Assembly: GCA_965223325.1 (NCBI GenBank)
Contig: CBDCWI010000002.1
Location: forward strand, 4,384,001-4,448,000
Reading direction: 5' to 3'
From: Candidatus Multivoradales bacterium
GTDB lineage: Bacteria > Acidobacteriota > Thermoanaerobaculia > Multivoradales > Multivoraceae
DNA: 64,000 nucleotides
Made by a program: the position numbers and the translations under genes. The notes beneath the pieces were generated by a model. That model did not search any database and was not told the DNA's origin. It saw only the letters and a program-made list of their open reading frames with translations. Positions within the stretch are counted from its first letter, which is position 1. Every line of letters starts with the position of its first letter. Positions 11,629-19,573 of this stretch are shown here, piece after piece.

Positions 11629-11987
11629 CGCTCTGCTTCGTCAACGGACTCTCGGGTGCGAGTACGAAGGCGCCGTAGGCGCCTATCAGGAGAGTTCGGC
11701 GGCGAGAGGACGTGCTACATGCACGTCCGTAGCCGCCTCGCACCCGCCGTTGTTGGTGCGGTTGCGGGCGATCGAGGAGCTGGGGTCGTCGTAGCTCTTG
11801 GCTTCGTGAACGGACTCTCGGGTGCGAGTACGAAGGCGCCGTAGGCGCCTATCAGGAGAGTTCGGCGGCGAGAGGACGTGCTACATGCACGTCCGTAGCC
11901 GCCTCGCACCCGCCGTTGTTGGTGCGGTTGCGGGCGATCGAGGAGTTGGAGCCGTCGTAGCTCTTGGCTTCGTCAACGGACTCTCGG
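11571..11987 (+). repeat. About 2.5 tandem copies of a 166-bp unit containing the M48 gene's 3' end plus REP-like hairpins
   Basis: Units start at 11571, 11737 and 11903 (CTCGCACCCGCCGTTGTTGGTGCGG); hairpins AGGCGCC-GTA-GGCGCCT and GGACGTGC-TACAT-GCACGTCC. Confidence 0.9.
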
Positions 11988-11995
11988 ATCCCATG

Positions 11996-12430
11996 CTAGG
12001 CGCGCACTGAACGTTTGACATACACGATCTCCGGGTCGCCCGGGTCAAGATTGTGAATGATCCCTGATCGTTCGTAGCCCAGTTTCTCCAGGACGTGCTG
12101 CATGTGCGCGTTGGACTGGTTGGTCGATGTGAAGAAGTCGTTGGATCGAGACCGACCTTCGAGGAACGCAATCAAGGCTGGACCGTATCCCTGTGAGCGC
12201 TGAGATTCCGCCACATAGATCAGTTCGAGGAACGATCGACCAAAGAACTCGTGGGAGATGATTCCGTACCCGACAACGCGGAAGGAAACCTCGAGGATCC
12301 ACATTCGGTGCCCGTCGATGGCATCTCTTATGAAATCCCTTCGGCCAGCTTCGATGCGTGCGATGTGGTCGACGTCGAGCAAGGCCAGCAAGTCCTTGCC
12401 AACCGCTTGCCGAATGACAGGGCCTGACAT
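11996..12430 (-). CDS. GNAT family N-acetyltransferase (probable terminal gene cassette)
   Basis: IYVAESQRSQGYG acetyl-CoA motif A, STNQSNAHMQHVLEKLGY. Confidence 0.85.
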   Translation of the reverse strand: MSGPVIRQAVGKDLLALLDVDHIARIEAGRRDFIRDAIDGHRMWILEVSFRVVGYGIISHEFFGRSFLELIYVAESQRSQGYGPALIAFLEGRSRSNDFFTSTNQSNAHMQHVLEKLGYERSGIIHNLDPGDPEIVYVKRSVRA

Positions 12431-12434
12431 GCGA

Positions 12435-12514
12435 GCGCCTAGAGGAACCGTGCCTCACCGGCGGCAACCGCCGTGAGCACAGGCTGACGTCCGCGTGAAT
12501 ACACCTTGTTAGCC
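12435..12514 (-). other. Degenerate attC site
   Basis: Minus strand GGCTAAC ... imperfect palindrome ... TCTAGGC (core mutated from GTTAGGC), directly upstream of the GNAT start. Confidence 0.55.
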
Positions 12515-12674
12515 GGCCGAGCCGGAACGGCTTGTAGCGGTCTTGGTTTAGTGGACAGTTGTTTGTGATGACGGCGATTCTGCCTCGTCGCCTTGGGAAT
12601 CGGATCGCGAGGTTGCCCTGTGTTGGGCTTCTCGCGGGTGTTGCATGGTGCAGGTACCGCCATCGTGGCGCTCC

Positions 12675-13595
12675 TCAGGCGGCCTTTGAGAGCTTCCACT
12701 CTGAACGGATCTGAGCGGGCGTCAGGTAGCCGTGCTTCTCGACCAGCCAGTTCTGGTTGTACTTCGCCTTGAAGTCGAGCAACGCGAGACGCAGGTCTTC
12801 GACGGTGTCGAATCTCTTCACCCAGAGCAGCTGCTCCTTCAGGGTTCGGATGAAGCGCTCGGCGACACCGTTGCCTTCCGGAGCCCGCACGAAGCTCGGC
12901 GACGAGCAGATGCCCAGAAAGTCGATCTCCTGCTGGAAGTCTCGGCTGGCGTACGCGCTGCCCCAGTCGTGGCGCAGGCCCAGGCCCAGCGCGACGCCCT
13001 GATCGGGCTCGCCGAAGTGCTCACGAACGCCCTGGCGCACAGGCTCGAGAGCCTCGAAGCGATTCCCCGACCTCGAGGCGTGGATCCCGATGCACTCGCT
13101 GGTGCAGTGATCCACGGCGACGAAGATCCAGGCCAGGCCTTCCTCTCTCGTCCAGGTCATCGTTGCGTCGGTGCCCCACATCAGATCGGGCTCTGGCATC
13201 GTGATCGTCCCGTCGTGGACCCGAGGGCCACGCTCGCGACCCACGCGAGTAGGTGCAAGAAGCGAGTTCTCGCGCATCAGGCGTAGCACTCGCTCTCGAC
13301 CCACGTGGACGTCGCGTGCCCTCAGGCGAGCCCTCACCTTGCGATGCCCTTCGCCACGCAAGCCGGTCTCCTGCTCGAGCTCGCGCACGACCTCTTGGAT
13401 CATGGCCACCAGCTCCTGATCCGAGACCGCCGTCTTCGGGCCGGTCTTGCGCTTCTCGATCCCGCAAGACTCGCGGCGCTTGCGCGCGGCGTAGAAGCCA
13501 GACCGGGCAACCTCCCAGAGACGACAGACCCGTGATATGCCGTAGCGGATTCCTGTGGAGGGAGAGGGTGCGGCACTCACTTCCTCGACCTCCAT
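12675..13595 (-). CDS. IS3-family transposase OrfB (DDE integrase core)
   Basis: WGTDAT (D), LRHDWGSAY (D), GNGVAERFIRTLKE (E); the start may instead be GTG at 13580 overlapping the orfA stop. Confidence 0.9.
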   Translation of the reverse strand: MEVEEVSAAPSPSTGIRYGISRVCRLWEVARSGFYAARKRRESCGIEKRKTGPKTAVSDQELVAMIQEVVRELEQETGLRGEGHRKVRARLRARDVHVGRERVLRLMRENSLLAPTRVGRERGPRVHDGTITMPEPDLMWGTDATMTWTREEGLAWIFVAVDHCTSECIGIHASRSGNRFEALEPVRQGVREHFGEPDQGVALGLGLRHDWGSAYASRDFQQEIDFLGICSSPSFVRAPEGNGVAERFIRTLKEQLLWVKRFDTVEDLRLALLDFKAKYNQNWLVEKHGYLTPAQIRSEWKLSKAA

Positions 13596-13924
13596 CCAAG
13601 AAAAGGCTTCTCGCCCTCCAAGCGATGGATCTTCTCGAACAGAAGCTCCTGATCCATCGTCAGTTCACCGATCTTCGCCTGCAGCCGCCGCTTGTCCTCG
13701 ACAAGAGACTCGACCACCGGATCCTCGGTACGGGCTTTCAAGCCCTCCTCACCTGCGCTCAGGAAGGACTCGCGCCACTCGCTCAGACGAGCCACCGTCA
13801 GGCCGGTCTCGCGCGACACCTCGTCAAGCGACTCGCCGCGAAGAAGACGCAGGACCACAGAGGCCTTGCGCTTTGCGGACCAACGGCCCTTCGTCTTCGG
13901 AGCTCTTCGTTTCGTCTTCGACAT
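13577..13924 (-). CDS. IS3-family transposase OrfA (HTH)
   Basis: RWSAKRKASVVLRLLRGESLDEVSRETG HTH followed by coiled coil LQAKIGELTMDQELL; GGAGG RBS. Confidence 0.88.
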   Translation of the reverse strand: MSKTKRRAPKTKGRWSAKRKASVVLRLLRGESLDEVSRETGLTVARLSEWRESFLSAGEEGLKARTEDPVVESLVEDKRRLQAKIGELTMDQELLFEKIHRLEGEKPFLGWRSRK

Positions 13925-13984
13925 TCGACACCTCCAACCCGAACTTAGCTCGGGTCATGTGTCCAACGAAAACCCAGGCCGACA

Positions 13985-14434
13985 GAGGCTCTCGCTGCCA
14001 AACAGCAGGCCAAAGGCCACACCCGATAGTAGATAGGGCAAGACGCCAAGGATGAATGCAGTGGGCACACGCTGCCAGAACTCTATGTAGCCCATAACGT
14101 TCTTTGGGTCGTCGCCGTCACGGGCCATCAAGATCCCTATGGCCATCGAGATCAAGGAAAAGAGAAGGCCGAGGAGGACTGAGCGATCCCAGCGAAGCGG
14201 ACGCTGGAAGACCAATCGACAAAGAACACCCAACAGAACGAGGCAAGCAAACACGGGAATCGCCAGGTAGACCGCGATGCCAACCAGAAGTGCCAATCGT
14301 CCCAAGGAGGGGAGCGCACCACCGCCAGCGATCGCGCCACCTACTCCGACCAAGGTGAAGGCAGCGACGAAAGACAGCGTCGCCGCGATTGAGGATCGCC
14401 AGATCTTGGCTCGCGACGGTTGTGGAGTATTCAT
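13985..14434 (-). CDS. Hypothetical membrane protein (cassette gene), 3' end interrupted by the IS3
   Basis: MNTPQPSRAKIWRSS... with about four TM segments; GTTGGAG core-like site 10 nt upstream; the frame runs into the IS end and stops at 13955. Confidence 0.6.
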
Positions 14435-14447
14435 TACGCACGACTCC

Positions 14448-14549
14448 AACGAGGAAGGCCTGCCCGAGCCCTTCTGCCTTGTCTTCGTAGTACTCCGAAG
14501 CGTCGGCGAGCTCGCGGTCGGCAAGCGGATCAACCCTTACGTTCTTCAA
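14448..14549 (-). pseudogene. Truncated RelE/ParE-family toxin
   Basis: MKNVRVDPLADRELADASEYYEDKAEGLGQAFL is a typical ParE/RelE N-terminus; the resemblance stops at the GTTGGAG site. Confidence 0.7.
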
Positions 14550-14781
14550 GCCTGCGGCGAAGATCGGCGAGGACCTTCTCGGCCGGGATCAGCTCGACTT
14601 CGCCGGCATCGATCTGCCTGATTCGCTCGCGAATCTCGGCGGCCCAGAGCCGTTCGATCTCTTCGGCGTCGATGCCGTGATCGTCCTCGAGGCTACGGAT
14701 CAACAGGGCTGCCAGCTCTGCGCGGAGGCGGGGCTCCAGCTCAAGTGCTGCTCTCTCGACATCGGGAGGTGCGACGGCCAT
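14530..14781 (-). CDS. Addiction-module antitoxin (TIGR02574-like)
   Basis: ALELEPRLRAELAALLIRSL...IERLWAAEIRERIRQIDAGEVELIPAEKV; overlaps the toxin start; TACAAT -10 box 7 nt upstream of the ATG. Confidence 0.85.
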   Translation of the reverse strand: MAVAPPDVERAALELEPRLRAELAALLIRSLEDDHGIDAEEIERLWAAEIRERIRQIDAGEVELIPAEKVLADLRRRLEERKG

Positions 14782-14810
14782 GCCCCGTATTGTAACGCGT
14801 CGCCCGCGCT

Positions 14811-14890
14811 GGCTAACGGACGAAGCTCACTCGCCGGAACCCGGAGGCCGCGAAGCGGCTGAGGGTTCCGGTCGATGTGCAGCTGTTTGA
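14811..14890 (-). other. attC site, larger part (remainder at ~16492-16500), split by the IS110 element
   Basis: Plus strand GGCTAAC-GGACGA-AGCTCAC...CCGGAACCC...GGGTTCCGG...GTGCAGCT; the missing GTTAGGC box lies just beyond the far IS end. Confidence 0.75.
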
Positions 14891-16491
14891 AGATCATTGA
14901 GGTCCCCTGGCGAGCTACCCACGCGGTAGCTTGCGAGCGGTAAAACAGAAACTCTTTTCAAGGAGACCTCGATGCGATTCTACAGCCGCCGCCACCGGCA
15001 CACCTGCGGTGTCGATCTACACGCCCGCAAGATGTACCTCTGCGTCCTCGACGGGAACTGCGAGAAGATCTACCACCGAAACATCCCCGCTCGGCCCGAC
15101 GCCTTCCTCGAGGCCATCGAACCCTTCCGAGACGATCTGGTCGTGGGTGTCGAGTGCATGTTCTCCTGGTACTGGCTCGCCGACCTCTGCGCCGAGGAGG
15201 GAATCGAATTCGTGCTTGGCCACGCCCTCTACATGAGCGCGATCCACGGCACCAAGGCCAAGAACGACAAGGTCGATTCCTACAAGCTCGCCGCCCTCCT
15301 ACGAGGCGGGACCTTTCCAATGGCCTACACCTATCCCAAGAAGATGAGAGCCGCGAGAGATCTCCTGCGCAGGCGCCAGTACTTCACACGCAAGCGCGCC
15401 GAGCTCTTCGTCCACATCCGCACCTCGAACACTCAGTACAACTGCGACGCCACCCTCGGCAGGATCGCCCGACCGTCGGACCACACGGATCTCCTCCATC
15501 ACTTCGATGATCCGTCAGCGAAGAAAAGTATCGACGCCAACCAGCGACTCATCGCTGCCTTCGACGAGGTCATCTCCGATGTCGAGAAGCACCTCCTCGA
15601 TCTGGCCAAGGACCACGAGCCCACCGTGCTCTCTCGCCTCACGTCGATCCCCGGCGTCGGTCCCATCCTCGGCATGACGATGCTGTACGAGATCGAAGAC
15701 ATCTCGCGATTTCCGACCGGTGCAGCACTTTGCTTCCTATGCCCGGCTGATCCGCCCACAGCACGAGTCCGCAGGCAAGCGAACCGGAAGCGGCCGCCAC
15801 AAGATCGGCAACCACCATCTCAAGTGGGCCTTCTCCGAAGCCGCCGTGCTCTTCGCCCAGCGCCAGGCTCACGGCAAGAAGCTCCTCGAGCGTCTCAAGC
15901 GCAAGCACGGCAAGACCAAGGCCTACGCTGTTCTGCGTCACAAACTCGGCCGTGCCGTTTACTTCATGCTCAAGAACAACGAAGCCTTCCACCTCCCGAC
16001 CTTCATGAACGCCTGACTCCGAGTCGGAAGCCTCGAGCCCTCCGCATAACTGGAACCACACGGCCCGATCTCATCCTTGGCGCTTCATTGGAGTCCCGGC
16101 TCCTGGTGCTTCGACACCCAACGCGCCCTGAGACCAACTGAGCCGGCAACCCGCGTGGTTGAATCGACGGGGCTTCCACTCACCTTCCAGCATTCGGTCG
16201 ATCTCGACCTCTGCCCCTCACCCGAGCCAGGCAACCAACTCCGGCGCGCTCCCGGGCGTGACCAGCACGGTTTGAATCGGACGGTACGAGGGCACCGATG
16301 TGTTTCTGGTCCGCTGGCCTAGGCCAGCAGTCGTCGCGATAGCGAGGACAGAGGCCCAATAGGTGTTTGGTGCAGAGGCTTCGCCTCGCACCCACTCTGA
16401 AACCAAAGTCAGAATTCGAGACTGATCGAAAACCGCCACGGACCTCGTCCGCTAGGAGACGTTTGCCTCTTGACGTCAGGGGACCTCATAG
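14891..16491 (+). mobile_element. IS110 family, IS1111-type element inserted in attC
   Basis: Sub-terminal 12-bp IR TGAGGTCCCCTG (14898-14909) / CAGGGGACCTCA (16477-16488); ~460-bp 3' non-coding region; no target duplication; ends are approximate. Confidence 0.82.
14972..16016 (+). pseudogene. IS110-family transposase with a +1 frameshift near 15720 (mutation or sequencing error)
   Basis: RuvC-like DEDD: GVDLH, VGVE, KNDKVD; SIPGVGPI; the frame continues as (V)QHFASYARL..HESAGK..GNHHLKWAFSEAA in ORF 15720-16016. Confidence 0.85.
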
Positions 16492-16494
16492 GTG

Positions 16495-17010
16495 TTAGGC
16501 GGTGTTCGGCGATGAGGCGACAGCATGGGTGACATCGCGTAACCGCCGCAGAAGCATGACTCCTAGGACTCCAACAACTGGCGAGGTTAGGAGGCCAGGG
16601 AAGTAGCCCTCAGTGAGAATCGACAACGCTGGGTGAGCGACGCCGTTCACGGCACACCCGATACCCAGGAACCATAGTGGAAACAAGGAGGCGCGACTGT
16701 GCGCGGCCAGACCCCAAGCGCTGATGCCCCAGATAGTGAGCCACGCGACATTGAACGACACGAAGAACTGAAGCGGCATAGGTGGAAGGCCGAACAGAGC
16801 CGGAAGCCGCTCGTGAAGGCCCGCTGAGAGCTCTTCGACGAAGTGTCCCGCCTGAAAGAGAATGGCGACCAGCACGGTCTGAACCGCACCCCGGATGTGC
16901 GTCCTGCTCTCATCGGCCCATCCTCGGGTGAGGGTTAGGTATAGAGCGATCACACCGGCGGCACCGAGAACCACCGCGCTTGGTACCATGCTGCGGAACT
17001 CGTCATTCAT
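16495..17010 (-). CDS. HXXEE-domain membrane protein (gene cassette)
   Basis: HFVEE motif, NGVAH, GYFPGLLTS; the stop TAA lies inside the GCCTAAC inverse core site. Confidence 0.75.
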   Translation of the reverse strand: MNDEFRSMVPSAVVLGAAGVIALYLTLTRGWADESRTHIRGAVQTVLVAILFQAGHFVEELSAGLHERLPALFGLPPMPLQFFVSFNVAWLTIWGISAWGLAAHSRASLFPLWFLGIGCAVNGVAHPALSILTEGYFPGLLTSPVVGVLGVMLLRRLRDVTHAVASSPNTA

Positions 17011-17461
17011 CTGAGTCAGTCTCGTGTCCGCCTAACGGACGAAGGTGAGCTGCGGGAACCCCGAGCGAGCAAAGCGAGCGCGGGTTCACGTCAGCTCGAC
17101 CTTTTCGTTGGGCTGCGCCCGTCTCGCTCCCAGAAGCGCCACCATGGTGGCGCGCAGGACGCCACTCTCGACCGAGTTCGGAGAGTCGCGGATGGTCTGG
17201 GAAGTGGGTCATGACGACCTGCGCCCATCGATCGAATTCATCCCGACGCATTCGGTACATCGGATGTGGCTGCTGGAAGAACGAGGGCGGAGACTTCTGC
17301 AGAACCCTAAAGCCCGGACCGTTCTTTCCGCATGCTGGGCAAGAGTAGGCCCGGACATCGTAAGGCTCGAACACACCGTCGATTCCGCGATAGTCGTGGT
17401 CAATCTCCCAGTGGGACGCACCGCAAGTACACTCTAGCTCGACGAGCAACGCAGGAGTCAT
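17003..17461 (-). CDS. Hypothetical protein with CxC and CxxC motifs (gene cassette)
   Basis: MTPALLVELECTCGASHWEID...YSCPACG; GAGGAGG RBS; the ORF reads through the downstream attC. Confidence 0.6.
   Translation of the reverse strand: MTPALLVELECTCGASHWEIDHDYRGIDGVFEPYDVRAYSCPACGKNGPGFRVLQKSPPSFFQQPHPMYRMRRDEFDRWAQVVMTHFPDHPRLSELGREWRPARHHGGASGSETGAAQRKGRADVNPRSLCSLGVPAAHLRPLGGHETDSDE
17030..17113 (-). other. attC site (84 bp)
   Basis: Plus strand GCCTAAC-GGACG-AAGGTGAGCTG...CAGCTCGACCTT-TTC-GTTGGGC; palindrome with an extrahelical base; lies between cassette genes. Confidence 0.88.
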
Positions 17462-17479
17462 GGTCCCTCCTCGTAGTCG

Positions 17480-17562
17480 GCCCAACGGACGAGGGTGAGC
17501 TGCGTGAACCCGAGCGAGCGAAGCGAGCGCGGGTTCACGTCTGCTCGACCCAGTTGTTGGGG
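17480..17562 (-). other. attC site (83 bp)
   Basis: Plus strand GCCCAAC...GGGTGAGCTGCGTGAACCCG...CGGGTTCACGTCTGCTCGACCC...GTTGGGG; nearly identical to the 17030 site. Confidence 0.88.
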
Positions 17563-18017
17563 GGCGTACCTCGGACCGCTGGCATCTCCGAGACCGCAGC
17601 GTGACTAAGATCGCCGTCTAGCACGGCCTCGATCTTCTCAACGAAGGCTACGAGATAGGTGACTTCGACGGGTTCGGTGATTCGCATCCCGCGAGTCTCG
17701 AAGCGAGCGTTCAACGATTCGGGTGGGATGCTGTCACCTAATGAGTGTAGCCAGGACACGTAGCCCGTGAGGAACTCGCGGAAGCAGTTGCGCTCCGTGT
17801 CGCTGAGAAGGTGACCGCTGAGGTCGATATCGCTACACCCGTTGCCATGGGCGACACGATGCTCCTGCCAGTACGACGACCACTCTACGAGCCATCGCTC
17901 CTGAGCGAACTTGGCGTCTTGGGCCAAGAACTCCGGAGCTAGATGCATGAACAGGATCTGCTCCCAGTCGTGTGCGTGAGCCCAGCACTTGCCGTAGTCG
18001 ATCGACGACCAGCTCAC
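17535..18017 (-). CDS. Hypothetical protein (first gene cassette)
   Basis: GTG start with GAGG RBS inferred inside track ORF 17535-18128; the stop falls within attC. Confidence 0.55.
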   Translation of the reverse strand: MSWSSIDYGKCWAHAHDWEQILFMHLAPEFLAQDAKFAQERWLVEWSSYWQEHRVAHGNGCSDIDLSGHLLSDTERNCFREFLTGYVSWLHSLGDSIPPESLNARFETRGMRITEPVEVTYLVAFVEKIEAVLDGDLSHAAVSEMPAVRGTPPNNWVEQT

Positions 18018-18070
18018 GACGACCTCGCGTCGAGCAAAGCGGATGAGTGCACGGACTTTCGCATCAAGCC

Positions 18071-18100
18071 CTCCAACAGTGTTATTCAATGGACCACAAA
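18071..18100 (-). other. attI-like site at the head of the cassette array
   Basis: Minus strand TGGTCCATTGAATAACACTGTTGGAG: a GTT core preceded by an AT-rich L-box-like stretch, with no attC palindrome; TACAAT at 18130-18135 may be a Pc -10. Confidence 0.45.
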
Positions 18101-18595
18101 CAGCGAACACCGCTGCTCTCGTCCACACAATTGTACCGCTGGCGTCTGGCGACGATCGCTCGGAAAGCCGGGCGGCATTGCACTTCGGGTCCTGGGTTCG
18201 AGATTCCGGCGGTTGGAAAGGCGGACCATCTCGTCGGCCTTTGCTGATCGGAGGTCTGAAAGGTGGAACCCTGACGCGGGGGAGTCCGAGCGCGTCCCCG
18301 TGCAGGCCACGGTGTTCTGGGCGTTCGTTGATTGGGTGGCCGGCAGAATGTGGAGCATGGGCTCCACATAACCCGACCCGGACTGCGCGGGGATCGGACG
18401 TAGAGGCTCCGTAATGGAGACCGCCGCGACTGAGGCCTAACGGCCCGGATGCGCCCGCCCGCTTCTCCGTGACGGGTGCGCACGCTCAGGGGCTCGGGAG
18501 CGCCGCGCGATCTACCGCTGAGCGCACACTGACTCGGGCGAACGCCTCATTCGAGTCCCTGCGCCGCGCCCGGGCAAGGTCCTCTCGCCTCTGAG

Positions 18596-19159
18596 CTACT
18601 TCGAGAGGGCGATGACCTTCTCTTCGAGTGCGTGATAGAGCAGACGGCCGTTCACCACCTCATCGATCTTGCCGTCACGACCAAAGAAGATCGTCGTGGG
18701 GAGAGCGCCCAGCCACTCGGGCTCGAAGGCGCCGATGAAGTCGGACGAGTCTTCGGTGGAGAGGTATGAGGTGAGGTCGGGCGCCTTCTCGGCGAAGAAC
18801 GGCTGCACGCGCTTCTCGAGCAGGTCGGGCTCGTCGACCGATACCGCCAGTACGACGACGCCTTTCTCGGCGTAGCGGGTTTGGAGAAGGTTGAACTCGG
18901 GCAGTTCTTGGATGCAGGGGATGCACCAGGTCGCCCAGAAGTTGACAACGACGACCTTGCCCTTGTGGTGTTCGAGGACGCGTTTGAAGTCGGCGGAGCT
19001 GATGGCTGCCACCTTCTCGGGCGCTAGCAGTTCCGGCGGGAGGGGCGCGCCGTCATCGGCGGCGGTTGGCCCGGCGATTGTGAAGAGGAGTGCGAGGGCG
19101 AGTAGGGGGAAGAGCCGGCCAGCACGGATCGCTGGAGACGTTCGAGTTCGATGATGCAT
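18596..19159 (-). CDS. TlpA-family thiol-disulfide oxidoreductase
   Basis: VVVNFWATWCIPCIQELP, GALPTT; signal peptide; the track ORF's longer N-terminus is antisense to the LytTR gene. Confidence 0.9.
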   Translation of the reverse strand: MHHRTRTSPAIRAGRLFPLLALALLFTIAGPTAADDGAPLPPELLAPEKVAAISSADFKRVLEHHKGKVVVVNFWATWCIPCIQELPEFNLLQTRYAEKGVVVLAVSVDEPDLLEKRVQPFFAEKAPDLTSYLSTEDSSDFIGAFEPEWLGALPTTIFFGRDGKIDEVVNGRLLYHALEEKVIALSK

Positions 19160-19573
19160 TGGAGTCAGAGGCCCTTTCGGAAGGCGGCGCTTGGGTGAGT
19201 GAGATTCGGGTGCGGTGAGCGTCGAGTCGGCCGCTTTCTCGCGGGCGCGAGTGGTGCTCCCGAGGCAGAATAACCGAGCGCCGCCGCGAGATCTTCCGAC
19301 CGTCGAGACTGCCCGCCGGGGCCGCGCTTCGGAGTGCCGCCTCTGAAGTGCCTGAAATTCGTCCCTGAATTGTGTTGATTCGTCCCAGCCAAGGCATGGA
19401 CGGTCCCCTGGCTGTTCGTCCCTCGGGGCGCGCTCCCTAGAATCTTCAGGCACGTCTTCCAGCCAGCGATTTCGTCCCCCGTTGCCCAGCTTCCCGGCAT
19501 CTTCTCGCAATGTCAGTGAATCCTTGGCGGCAGGGACACGTACAAAGGGCGCAATATGAGCCCGGAGGAGTAG

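Larger units (their letters stand above)
12533..13984 (-). mobile_element. IS3-family insertion sequence
   Basis: Imperfect 25-bp terminal IRs TGTAGCGGTCTTGGTTTAGTGGACA / TGTCGGCCTGGGTTTTCGTTGGACA; orfA and orfB in relative -1 frame; flanks ACGGCT / GAGGCT are not a perfect duplication. Confidence 0.85.

Noticed and set aside
11571-11987. Possible CRISPR array
   Set aside because: The whole 166-bp unit is repeated, there are no unique spacers, and no cas genes are present
18548-18572. TTCGAGTCCC resembling a tRNA T-loop or att remnant
   Set aside because: No pairing 5' T-stem, no cloverleaf and no CCA end
18130-18590. Possible remnant of an integron integrase next to the attI-like site
   Set aside because: No tyrosine-recombinase motifs (R, HxxR, Y) or convincing IntI N-terminus in any frame; only short ORFs without recognisable features
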